IMG/VR virus record: IMGVR_UViG_3300033074_001348
Location: 13,313-77,312 of that record
DNA: 64,000 bases
Reading direction: 5' to 3' (one strand)
DNA from: a virus
Lineage: Duplodnaviria; Caudoviricetes
Below the pieces are notes generated by a model, which was not told the DNA's origin, made no database searches, and worked only from the letters and a program-made list of their open reading frames with translations. The translations under genes were made by a program, and so were the position numbers. Positions 1 through 10,800 of the stretch are shown here, piece by piece (within the stretch, counting starts at the first letter, position 1; each line of letters starts with the position of its first letter).

Positions 1-113
1 TATTGGCAGGGCGTTAGTCAAAAAAAATACACCTACAATAATAAGGCACGATTTGCGGCCATCGCCAACGCTATTGTAACGAACCCAATACTCACTCTCG
101 CACCTAACCCCTG

Positions 114-3100
114 ATGGCAAAGCAAAACTCACCTATAGTTGCAGTAAGGTGGAATGCCGGCAAGGGAGGGTTGATATCAGATATCGACCCTAAAGACATG
201 CCCAATGGCGGACTTTTTACCACTATACCGGAAAGCGGGGGCTTAAACGTTCGATCTATCGGGGCAGGTACAGGCATTAGTCCGGACTACGAGCAAATAT
301 TAGGTAACTCGCTGATTGCCACACTTGACCCTATTGCTGCTCAAACCAAACAGTTTCGCATCAGCATCGACACCAGTACCAAGACGGTAAATAGCGTCAT
401 TTCTTTCGACCTGCAAACACCTGACGGGACAACCGGATCGGCAACTACCATCACCTTATTGGCCGGAGACAATTTAGCTACGTGCCTTACTAAAATAAAA
501 ACCGCCATTGACCTTGCTGCGGCGTTTCTTCCTGTCAGCACCACTACCACCACCGGCACCACTACCGGGTACGTTACATTTGAGTACGGATCACCCGCAT
601 ACATCGATTTCCGTCTCTTTGACTTTACCGTTACAGGCGACCTGACTGCATCGTACAGCATTGTAAGAGAAGCAATTGATGAAGGTATGGTGGGTGAGTG
701 GAACCTAATTGGTAGCAGTGCCGATACAGGCGATTGCTTCATGGCGTTCACCACTAAAAAAGGTGATACACAAATCGTTGCAGTGAACGATTGCTTTGAT
801 GACGGGTCAGGAGGCATACAAGTAGAAACTACCGTAGATCATAACTTGGTCAGCAATGAAGTAGTGACCATATCGGGTGTCGAAGGAACGATAGAGGCGA
901 ATGGCATTTGGTCAGTTACTGTTATTGACGCCACTAACTTTACCCTTCAGCAGTCGGCGTTTGTAAATGCTTATACGACAGGCGGTACCGTATTCTCAAA
1001 AGTTACGGGTTACGGTCAAATAGGGGTCGTGTATCGAACCAATCCTACTCAGATCAGATACGACAGGCTTTTGGCATCCCGTGAATTTAACTTCTCGACA
1101 TACTATCAAATTGATGCGAGGAGCAGCAAGAAAAATGACGGCAAAAAGGGATTTTACTTTACCGACAACAACAATCCTTACCGGGTATTCTACTATAAAG
1201 GAGCGTACACACCTGACGGCTCGATTACTTCAGGTCAATACATATATGGCGCTATTGACGCTGCCTTACAACTCAACCCTTTTAGCGAGGGCATAAAGAT
1301 TGACTTTGTAACACAATTGCAGTCAGGTGGTGCGGTCAGATCAGGAAATAAAAGGTATGCAGTCCGTTTTTTAACCGAGTCTTTTGCTCCCACTTCATGG
1401 ACGGATTTGACTAACCCTGTTCCGGTGTATTCCTATAACAATCAGTCAGGGCCGTTCGTGGAAGGTGATGAAGAAAACATTGTCACTCCAAAAATAAACG
1501 TACTGAAAGTCACCAACCCTGTACCGGGCGTGTTCACTTACTGCGAAGTAGCGGCGGTGGAATATGTGGGTATCGCTATTCAAGGAAGCATCATAGGTAG
1601 ATACACACTGAACGGGGAATCAGTTCAATACATCAATCACACAGGCAACGAAATTGATGCAACCGACCTTGATGTAGGGCAACTGGTAGAAGTGCAAAAC
1701 ATCATCGAGAAGGGTCGAAATATAGAGATGTTGGATAGTAGGCTCATTTTAAGCAACCTAACGCCTGCTACATTCCCCGACTTTACGCCATTTGCCAAGA
1801 CTTTTCGTTACTCTCTTGAGGTGGAGGATTTGGATACGGTAGGTATTCGCACCACCAATCCCAGTGCAGATATGCAGATTGGTGAGTATCAAAATGTTAA
1901 CAATTTCTACGCTAAGTTATCCCATCTGAGGTACGAGACCTATCGCTATTTCATACGGCTTCGTATGAGAAAGACCGGTTTAATTACTCCTGCCTTCTAT
2001 TTGGGTTACGATATTAAGATTGATTTGCCGGTACCCGCTACACCTCCGTACCCGGCTCAACGTGATCCCGGCACATTCACATCTTTCGACCTCACCGATA
2101 CTTACGGCGGTGCACCACCACAACCGCTACCTCCTTTCGCTACCAAAACGAAGTCGATATACATTGATTTCCATGACTTTGACCTCGACTTCGAGATTGA
2201 TGGAGTGCCTGTAAGAGAACTGGCCGACACCATCTACTTTGAGCGAGCGAGAGTTATACCTACCGTTCTTTACAACGCTATGGCTGTCATGGGCGTGGGT
2301 GGAGCCGTTGGACCTGGAGGTGGAGTGGCAGCCGGGTATTATCTCAGCTATGACTTTGCATCTACCGCCTGTATTGGTCCGTTCCCATTCATATCAGGTA
2401 CCAACTGGTTTACGGCAGGTATATTACCTGCTATTGGTGGCGACAATCCGGATTACCCAAGTTACCCGGGCGGATTTGTTAGGCGCTCTCAATTCCATAT
2501 TGCGCCCGACTTATTCTTAAACGGAACGAGTGTAACATTCCAATCCGGCGATCAGATCATTAATTTTGGCAATCCAAAGGCGCAGGCGGTTGGTAACTAC
2601 AACATGCTCAAAACTTTCCAAGAGTTTTACGAGGAGTACAATGGGGCTACCGGTCACGCAGATAATACCACTATCGAAATACTGGAAGTGGAGGCAGGGC
2701 AAAATATGGCTCACGGTACTCCGCTGAGTAATGTAGGTGGGCAAAACTATAGCACCAATTTAGGTTGGGGCGCAGGAATAATTGCAATCTTCACCCCTAC
2801 TAAGCGTTATCCATTCTGGGACACCTTTGCTGTACTCACCACCGCAGACGCTACCGACGTCAATCAGGACACCAATACCGACTACGGCTTTTACGATATC
2901 TTATATTACCGGCCATTAACCGATCAGTACGGTGATCCAGAGGATAATGTATGCGAGTGGACGGGTGTTTCATTTGATATTGGAACCAAGTCGGGAGTTA
3001 TTGCATCTGGTAATGTCAAGGTATTTGGCGATGTGTGCACTCAGAAATGTTACATCAAGCACCGATACCCTAACAGCAGTTCAACCGGATTTGGTGGCGG

Positions 3101-4556
3101 CGTTGGATTTTATACTCAGAACAGGGTGAACGGGCAAATGTTCCGCAAACCTACACCCACATCTCCAGACATTTTCCCTGAGCAGAACCCGGGTGACTGG
3201 TTGACTGCTTCTGAGCCGATTGACCCGAGACTTAACTACAATCAAGGTTATACGTACCAAAATAACGTTACATCCAGCCGCCCATTTGACAGTAACGCCA
3301 CTTATCAAACCGACTGGGGTAATGCGATTGCATGGTCAAACCCTCAAGGTCCGGGCAGCAACACCGACTCACTGCGTATTTTCCTTCCCAATAACATCAA
3401 ATTCCTTGATTTCTCTGACGGCTCGATCAACGCAGCCTTTAATATTAACAACGAGTTAGTTACCATACAGGATCGCAACACCCTCAGGCAATATTTCAAT
3501 TCCACATCTATCCTCACAACGGTAGAAGGTAGCGAAGCAGTGCTTGGGGATGGTGCTGTATTGAACAGAAAAGGAACAACACTCACCAAATTTGGTACGC
3601 AGCATAAATGGTCTGCATTTACCGGTAAGTCAGAACGAGGTTTTGATGTACTGTATTTTATTGACTGGCAAAATAAGGCAGTATGCAGGTTAGGTTACAA
3701 CGGTAACGATACCTTAGAGGAGATTAATGGCATGAAGTCCTTCTTTTCCAATAACTTAACATACGCTTGGGCAAAAGATAAACCCGCAAATGGACAAGGT
3801 ATTGCAGGGTTCTTCAATCAAAGATACAGGGAGGCAGGCTGGACGATCCGATCTTACAGAGAGGATATAGCGGAGTGGGCAGGTGACTCTGTGTACGTAA
3901 CAGGCGATCCGACTATGTACGGCATGAGCTCAGGATTTGAGAACGTCCCCTCATTTTACATTGCATTGACTGATAACACTGGCGCTCAGCCTGACATCAG
4001 CCCTGATGACTGGGTGCAAGTTTCCTTTACTGACAGTAATTTCTATAATCTATACACGCTGATATTCAGTGAGTTTAAGAATCAGTTCCAGTCTTTTCAC
4101 ACACCTAAACCTTTAATATATGCTACTTTTGAGAACGGGTATATTACTCCCCGCCCAATAAGCAATACCAGTGAATTGTATCTGGCTAACACCGGCTCGA
4201 GGTGCGTATGGTATGACGACGACAGTACGGTACTGACTGCTGATGCCCATATTGATGCGGTCATTAATAATCCTCAAGGCAGAAAGAATTTCTACAATCT
4301 TTCCATCGAGTCCGATCAGGCAATTACCGAAATTACCTGTACCACACCATCGTCCGTAAGCTATACACCTAACAGTGATGCTGAGCAAAGGGAAGGTAAC
4401 GAATGGGTAACTCCAATACGGGCCGATGCAAACGACAGTTACATGTGGGGTGATTTTGCAATATTCCGCTTCCGGATGGCATACTCGCTATACAATAAAA
4501 TTAACAGTTTTGCTTGCAGGCTCAGAGCCTTTGTGGGCAGACAAACCGACTCATAA
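114..4556 (+). CDS. Large tail stabilization/muzzle-like virion protein (1480 aa)
   Basis: Long beta-rich ORF at the head of the structural block, directly upstream of the ejection-protein genes. Contains a DHNLVSNEVVTISGVEGTIEANGIWSVTVIDATNFTL repeat typical of phage tail proteins. Confidence 0.7.
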   Translation: MAKQNSPIVAVRWNAGKGGLISDIDPKDMPNGGLFTTIPESGGLNVRSIGAGTGISPDYEQILGNSLIATLDPIAAQTKQFRISIDTSTKTVNSVISFDLQTPDGTTGSATTITLLAGDNLATCLTKIKTAIDLAAAFLPVSTTTTTGTTTGYVTFEYGSPAYIDFRLFDFTVTGDLTASYSIVREAIDEGMVGEWNLIGSSADTGDCFMAFTTKKGDTQIVAVNDCFDDGSGGIQVETTVDHNLVSNEVVTISGVEGTIEANGIWSVTVIDATNFTLQQSAFVNAYTTGGTVFSKVTGYGQIGVVYRTNPTQIRYDRLLASREFNFSTYYQIDARSSKKNDGKKGFYFTDNNNPYRVFYYKGAYTPDGSITSGQYIYGAIDAALQLNPFSEGIKIDFVTQLQSGGAVRSGNKRYAVRFLTESFAPTSWTDLTNPVPVYSYNNQSGPFVEGDEENIVTPKINVLKVTNPVPGVFTYCEVAAVEYVGIAIQGSIIGRYTLNGESVQYINHTGNEIDATDLDVGQLVEVQNIIEKGRNIEMLDSRLILSNLTPATFPDFTPFAKTFRYSLEVEDLDTVGIRTTNPSADMQIGEYQNVNNFYAKLSHLRYETYRYFIRLRMRKTGLITPAFYLGYDIKIDLPVPATPPYPAQRDPGTFTSFDLTDTYGGAPPQPLPPFATKTKSIYIDFHDFDLDFEIDGVPVRELADTIYFERARVIPTVLYNAMAVMGVGGAVGPGGGVAAGYYLSYDFASTACIGPFPFISGTNWFTAGILPAIGGDNPDYPSYPGGFVRRSQFHIAPDLFLNGTSVTFQSGDQIINFGNPKAQAVGNYNMLKTFQEFYEEYNGATGHADNTTIEILEVEAGQNMAHGTPLSNVGGQNYSTNLGWGAGIIAIFTPTKRYPFWDTFAVLTTADATDVNQDTNTDYGFYDILYYRPLTDQYGDPEDNVCEWTGVSFDIGTKSGVIASGNVKVFGDVCTQKCYIKHRYPNSSSTGFGGGVGFYTQNRVNGQMFRKPTPTSPDIFPEQNPGDWLTASEPIDPRLNYNQGYTYQNNVTSSRPFDSNATYQTDWGNAIAWSNPQGPGSNTDSLRIFLPNNIKFLDFSDGSINAAFNINNELVTIQDRNTLRQYFNSTSILTTVEGSEAVLGDGAVLNRKGTTLTKFGTQHKWSAFTGKSERGFDVLYFIDWQNKAVCRLGYNGNDTLEEINGMKSFFSNNLTYAWAKDKPANGQGIAGFFNQRYREAGWTIRSYREDIAEWAGDSVYVTGDPTMYGMSSGFENVPSFYIALTDNTGAQPDISPDDWVQVSFTDSNFYNLYTLIFSEFKNQFQSFHTPKPLIYATFENGYITPRPISNTSELYLANTGSRCVWYDDDSTVLTADAHIDAVINNPQGRKNFYNLSIESDQAITEITCTTPSSVSYTPNSDAEQREGNEWVTPIRADANDSYMWGDFAIFRFRMAYSLYNKINSFACRLRAFVGRQTDS

Positions 4557-4559
4557 TAG

Positions 4560-5633
4560 ATGCCCGAGCAACCGGCTAATTCTTATCAACTGAGAAGTTG
4601 GAGGCTTTACAAACTACCTCCTGAGACGCCTATTGCAGCAAGGGAAGCAAAACTACTTATTGACGACATCATCGCTACCATTGATGGTTACAAAACCTCA
4701 GTAGGGGGCATTCTCGTTCCCGATACAAAGGGTCAGATTATTACGCATGACGGCACCACCGTTACTTTGCAGAATGTAGGCGCTAACGGAAGGATACCGG
4801 TGGCGGACTCGACTGCAACTAACGGATGGGACTGGAAAGACCCTTCGGTGCTTGGTTTTATGACTGCGCTACTGGTTCGTGAAAACGATACCAATGTAGG
4901 CAGCAGAACCGCTATCAACTTTATTGATGGCGGCGGCATTACATGGACAATCGTAGATGATGCGCCTAATGGGGAGGTAGAAATATCCGCTACCGTTTCC
5001 ATTACGGGAGCCAATCTCACCAAAACAGATGATACTAATGTAACGCTCACTTTGGGCGGCACACCAACAGGCGCACTTCTTAATGCAGTGAGTTTGACAT
5101 TAGGGTGGACTGGTCAATTGGCAGTAGGTCGTGGAGGTACAGGACTATCGGCAATAGGTTCTTCATTGCAATTTTTACGGGTAAATTCGGCAGGCACGGC
5201 GCTTGAGTACGCTACATTATCCCGGATGTTTTGCCAATGTTTTTATGGAGATACTGCAACCAACCTTCAGTTAACCAATCAGGCAAACGCAGAGAACTTT
5301 TTGGCTGCCGTCTCAAGAGATATTACAGTGCTTGACCTGACTACTTATACGCAGTGCAGGTTAGTGACAAGGGTGCAAACTGGCTCCGCTTCTGCAAATA
5401 ACCCACGACTAAGACTTCGGTATCATACCGCATTCTCCACCACCGTAACGGACTATGTTGACATAGGGACAAGCGAGGTAGCGACATCGTTAGCATCCAC
5501 AGGTCTTGCGGACTCGGGATGGATCAGTTTAGCGACCGGCGCAAAAGCGGATGTTTACGTAACGGTAACACAATTAGGAGGGGATGGCGCTGCTGACCCT
5601 GTTATTGGATTTATTAATGCTTATTTCAGATAA
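4560..5633 (+). CDS. Tail fibre/minor tail protein (357 aa)
   Basis: Thr/Gly-rich fibre-like segments (GQLAVGRGGTGLS); follows the tail gene after a 3-nt gap. Confidence 0.55.
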   Translation: MPEQPANSYQLRSWRLYKLPPETPIAAREAKLLIDDIIATIDGYKTSVGGILVPDTKGQIITHDGTTVTLQNVGANGRIPVADSTATNGWDWKDPSVLGFMTALLVRENDTNVGSRTAINFIDGGGITWTIVDDAPNGEVEISATVSITGANLTKTDDTNVTLTLGGTPTGALLNAVSLTLGWTGQLAVGRGGTGLSAIGSSLQFLRVNSAGTALEYATLSRMFCQCFYGDTATNLQLTNQANAENFLAAVSRDITVLDLTTYTQCRLVTRVQTGSASANNPRLRLRYHTAFSTTVTDYVDIGTSEVATSLASTGLADSGWISLATGAKADVYVTVTQLGGDGAADPVIGFINAYFR

Positions 5634-5640
5634 ATTATTA

Positions 5641-5648
5641 TAACTTTG
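5641..5648 (+). promoter_or_regulatory. Bacteroidota sigma70-type -7 element TAACTTTG
   Basis: Matches TAnnTTTG, 14 nt upstream of the ATG at 5663. Confidence 0.55.
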
Positions 5649-5662
5649 TAAAAACTAAACCA

Positions 5663-6448
5663 ATGGCATTTGAAGTGGTAAAAGTAATTTATGGCTTAAC
5701 TCAAATGAGCAAGGCTAAAAAGGCACTCAATCGACTTGCTAATTGGAAGCCTGAGTTTCGTAGCGGTGAATCTATCTTGCAGGAAGCAACCGCCAAAACA
5801 CCTTACGGGTATACAGCGCAAGAAGATGCCGCTTTTAAAAATAATCTTGCACGACTTAATACGCAACGCTACCGATTGGCTTCACAGACAAATCCCAACA
5901 TGGCGTCCAATATTAATGCCGGAATACAATACGGCAGCATTGGTGCGCTGAACGAGTTTGCTAAAAATGATGCGATTTTAAAGCAGCAAAAAATTGGGCA
6001 ACTGGCATCAAGTATCCGCTCTCAGGATAACATGAACGTTCAGAATAAGATCAATCAAAAATCTCAAATGGAGCAGGCATACGGGGAAGCCTATAAGGCA
6101 GGGCTCTCTAATGTAGTGGGCGCACTTGATAGTAAGGTAAATGAATTTAAGTCGGTTGTCGGGTTTATAATCCCGGGAGCGGGCGGAGCAACTACAGCTA
6201 CACCATCCACCACTACACAAATGCTTGGAGACATGGTAGGAGGTAAAACGCTTAGCGGTATCAATCAAAACACTTCCGCAGGAATGTCTATTGGAGCATC
6301 CGGGGCAGGCGAGGTCGGTGGTACGCCTTACAATACAAACTGGAAGCCATTTTCATCGATCAACCCGCCTGCATCACCACCACCCGCAAACCCATATCCA
6401 ATGTCAGGTTGGATTGCTAACCCTAACCAATATAACCCTTATCAATAA
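5663..6448 (+). CDS. Putative ejection/internal virion protein 1 (261 aa)
   Basis: Gln/Asn/Ala-rich helical ORF with a Gly-rich tail; first of a small-medium-giant trio after the tail genes; TAATG overlap with the next gene. Confidence 0.55.
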   Translation: MAFEVVKVIYGLTQMSKAKKALNRLANWKPEFRSGESILQEATAKTPYGYTAQEDAAFKNNLARLNTQRYRLASQTNPNMASNINAGIQYGSIGALNEFAKNDAILKQQKIGQLASSIRSQDNMNVQNKINQKSQMEQAYGEAYKAGLSNVVGALDSKVNEFKSVVGFIIPGAGGATTATPSTTTQMLGDMVGGKTLSGINQNTSAGMSIGASGAGEVGGTPYNTNWKPFSSINPPASPPPANPYPMSGWIANPNQYNPYQ

Positions 6449-7851
6449 TGGCAGACTCGGTAGGTAAAGGGATAGCACTTGGGGAGCGGTTTAAATATGA
6501 CACCACCTCAGGAACGGCAGCGTTTAACAATGCGCTTAACAAGCGATACAACGAGAAAGCTGCTGCCGAAAAAAATGTCGTGGATGCGCTTGATTTTAAA
6601 ATTGACTATAAGGAGTGGTTGCCCGTGTATGGGAAAGCTGCTGCCGAAAAACAGGCAGAGCTATACAATAAGTACCTCACTTACAAAAGCGAAAATAAAG
6701 CTACTGCACTGAATCGCATTCAAACCGATTTGTATAATGCTAAGCAGGAATTGGGGAGATTAAAAGGAGATAATGACAGAGCAAAAACCTATGTCACTCA
6801 AAAAGAAGGATTATTTCGCAATGCAGCTTTAGTCAATGACCTGACCAGCACAGAAACAAACCTTTCTGACATCTCAAAATATAACGATGGATATTTTACT
6901 AATGTAGGAGCAAATGGGGAATTTGCTTTTCGTCCAGTTCAAGAGATGCAACCCGCCACATTGGTGAAGTATGACGATGGCGATTATGATAAGGTACGTG
7001 GCAAAACTAAGCAATCCGCAGTTCCCGGTAAAATGGATGTAGAGTACGTTGAAGTACTGAAGCCGGAGGCGGTGAAAAGAAATGCAGAAGCATTGGCTTT
7101 AAATCCTCAATTCAGAGACAATGTATTAATTGCCAATCCTAATTTACTTAAATTATCTCCTCAAGAACAGGTAAAGGCAACATACGACGCAGCATTTGAG
7201 ATCGCTACGAAAATGCAGCGCCCTAATCGAAGCGAATGGAAAATGGCTGATCTACCAAACGCCTCTGGAAGTGGTAGTGATAAGGATAAGCGTGAGAAGC
7301 CGCAAATTAATGGAGAGTTTACCGAATCGTTATTACTAACTAAAGATGACGGCACACGAGAGAGAAGAGATGTTAAATATCCTTGGTCTGTTGATGTGCC
7401 TAATGCAAAGGAAACATCTGTTCCGCTTGACTCACGGGTGATTGACTATGAAACCAATTCATTTTTGAAAGGCGATGATGTAGGCAAGGTGGTGACATTT
7501 AAGCCGAAGAAAATATACCCACAACTGATTAAGTCTACAGGCAATACAGAGCTGTATGTAATCGGAACCGCTCAAGTTGATGTAGAGGACAGAAGGAAAG
7601 GAAGAATAGTTAAAGAATTTAGTTATAAAGTTCCTTACGATAAGGTAGACGGATCGATAAAAGCATCTAAATACGATCTATCAGAGGTTGAGGAGAGATT
7701 CAAAGAAACAAAGCTCGTTCCCGAGTCTGGAGGTAAAGCCGTTAAACAAATAAAATCATCTGATATTTCAGCACGAGCAAAAGCAGCAGGCTATACGGAT
7801 AAGGAGTACAGAAAATTATTAACTGAAAAGGGAGTAAAAATAATTGACTAA
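6448..7851 (+). CDS. Putative ejection/internal virion protein 2 (467 aa)
   Basis: Charged helical ORF, translationally coupled (TAATG) on both sides. Confidence 0.55.
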   Translation: MADSVGKGIALGERFKYDTTSGTAAFNNALNKRYNEKAAAEKNVVDALDFKIDYKEWLPVYGKAAAEKQAELYNKYLTYKSENKATALNRIQTDLYNAKQELGRLKGDNDRAKTYVTQKEGLFRNAALVNDLTSTETNLSDISKYNDGYFTNVGANGEFAFRPVQEMQPATLVKYDDGDYDKVRGKTKQSAVPGKMDVEYVEVLKPEAVKRNAEALALNPQFRDNVLIANPNLLKLSPQEQVKATYDAAFEIATKMQRPNRSEWKMADLPNASGSGSDKDKREKPQINGEFTESLLLTKDDGTRERRDVKYPWSVDVPNAKETSVPLDSRVIDYETNSFLKGDDVGKVVTFKPKKIYPQLIKSTGNTELYVIGTAQVDVEDRRKGRIVKEFSYKVPYDKVDGSIKASKYDLSEVEERFKETKLVPESGGKAVKQIKSSDISARAKAAGYTDKEYRKLLTEKGVKIID

Positions 7852-10800
7852 TGGAAGAAGTAGACGAATTTGGAATACCTATTAAAAAGCAAACATCTGC
7901 TCCTGCAAAAGAGGAAGTAGATGAGTTTGGTATTCCTATTAAAAAAAAAGTACCTACTATCCCCGCCTCGTCAAATGGCTCAAGTCTAACCCAACCTACA
8001 AGTGGCTCAGGCGTTTCCCAATCCCCCGCATATAGCGTAAAGGTTGATGAAGGCCCGATGCGTAAGGGTCAACCTTCCACCGTGAAAGTTGGTGGAAAAG
8101 AATTTGAAGTAGCACCAACTCCTGAATTAACTTCTACGGAGGTAAAATCTACTGCCAATAAACTTTTTAAAACTGCATCACCAATTACGCAGACTCCAAA
8201 GATTCCACCAAGCCCTGCAATGGAAGGGGTGGTAAAACAAACCGATGAAGTTGCTATCTCGAACTTATCCCCCAAAGCAGCAAGTGGCAATGAAGATGTT
8301 TTAACGGAATACATTTCTACGCTCAATGAAGCCGAACAAAACAGACTACGTGGGAGCAAACTAAATGATGAGCAGTCATTTGAAATTTTAACAAAAGCGT
8401 ACGCACCAAGACTTGAACAAGCAGTTATTGATTTATCTATACTGAGAGATCGTGGTGTAGAAAATGATTTAAAAGCTATTGATGAAAGTCAAAAGCAAAT
8501 GCAATCGCTCACGCAGTCAATTAGTGCAGATAAAACAGCACTTGTAGATTTGCAAGCTACATTTTTAAAGCAAAAAGGTTATGATAAGATTTCTGCGGAG
8601 TATAAAAATATTAATAAGCAATTACAGGTAAGTCAAAAACAGATCGCTCCTATTTTACAGGAGCAGCAGCAAATTGAGGCTGCATTAAAGCAATTTGAGC
8701 CACTTATACAGAATGGTAGCTTTGTTGGAAGCGAGCAGGAATACGCAGCCTATCAGGAGGCTTACAATGCTTACGAGCAAATAAGTAATAATCCAAAACT
8801 TGCCGCTTATAACAACCTTGTTCAAAAACAAAACGATATTGCATCGAATATAAATAGCATGGTAACTCCTGAGTATAAAGCGCAGGAGGAAAAGCTATTA
8901 AATAAAATTAATTCATCTGTTGCTTCGGCAAATACACTGGTTCAAAATTCTCAAGGATTATTAACGCCAGAGAAAGCACAAAATATCGAACTGTATAAAA
9001 AGACCATTGATGAGTATAATGCTATAACCAATAAATTACAAACGGCAAAATCAAAGATGCCTGATGTAATTGAGAAGGAGGCTTATATCAATGCTATGAA
9101 TGCTGCGGTAAAAGAAAATCCTTATTTAAAAGCGTTCGATTTATCAGCAAAAGCTATTGGCGGATTCACCGAGGCGGTTGGTAGTATGTTAAGTGCTGTT
9201 CCAAAGTTTGCAGGCGGACTATCTAATGAATATACTTTTTCTGATAAAGTAGCGGAGTCTATTACAAACTTTTTTGCTCCGGCAATAACTAATACGCAAA
9301 CTACAACGGCAGGTAGACCATCGGCTGCATATCAACCTTTTTACGATAGCGAAACAGATCATATTAATTGGTCGTCACTTCCTGATGAAATAGCTAATCA
9401 GGCAGGTGCATTCGCAGTGCTTGCGGGTAGTGGAGTTCTTGGCGGTATGGCAAAGTTTTCAGAGGTGTCGTCAGTTGTTGTACCGGGCGCATTAATATCA
9501 TACAACGATGCCTATCAAACAGGGCGTGAGATTTATGGGGACGATGCATACAGTGCCACCGCTTACGCAACAGCAAGTTCACTTATTACAGGTATTACCG
9601 AATTGATTATGCCTGATCGTGATATATTAACTGGCGGCTCTGTTGATAAAATGGCAAGAAATTATGTTGCCAATTATGTTAAAAAGGGAAAACGATTTGC
9701 AATAGAACGCTCTCTTGTTGATCTTACCGAAATGATGGGTAAGGAGGTAACGGAGGAGTTTGCAGATAGGTGGAAGGATGTTTTACTAAAAGGTGTTGTC
9801 AATATAACAGGAGGTGACATCGAAAATGATATACCTACCTTAAATGAGCAGTTATCTATCGTAGCATCAACGGCAGCCCTAACAGGTGGAGTTGGTGCAT
9901 TTAGTCAGCGTGGTAAAAATTCTAAGGCAAGACAATTAGCGGTATATCAATCGGCAAAAAGCTATCCCGAAACCTTAACCATGCTTAATACAATGGAAGC
10001 GGAGGGGTATGATGCAGATCGAATTGATACCATAAAATCAGAGGTTACTAATATGTTTGTAACGCTGAAAGAAGTCCCCGCAGATTTATCAGCACCAAAA
10101 AGAATTGCAATAGCAGAGAAATTAAATACGATCAAAAGGATTGAAGATGCGATGGCAAGTGGCATTTCGCCATTTATTGCAGACAAGATGAATGATAGTA
10201 TTAAGAAAATATCTGATGATATTCAGAATATAATTCTCGATTCCAAGTACGATGAAGCATTTGGCAAAGAAGTGAACGAGGAGATTGTAAAATCTGAGAG
10301 CGCACCCGCCCAAGTGGAGATGCCTGTTATTGAAATTACACCAACCACCGAGGAAATAATAGTGGAGGGGGAAGGTCAGGTCGGGGGTGAGGCAAAAGAA
10401 AATACTATCACTGACTTGAACGCAAAAGGAAAAGAATTGTTTTTTGAAAAACCCATTAGAAAGGAATATCAAGATGGGGTTGAAGGAGATAATAAGTACG
10501 CTCAAGACAATATTGCCCACAACAAAAAAGTCGATGATTTAATATTGTCAATTAATCAGAACGGGACTCTTGCAGATAGTAACGGAATAGAGTATGACGT
10601 AGAAGTCACTTCGCAAGGTGTAAGAGTTAGCCCAAAATCGCAGAATGATATTAAGATTTACTCAAAAGGCAAGCGAGTTAGCGGAGAGACCCCATTCACT
10701 TATGGTTTTAAATTTACCCCTACCCAAGAAAAAGTTGCAACGGAGACTGCTGTCGAACCACCCGCCCAGTCCGACGCGGTCAAAGAGGACACCACCACAA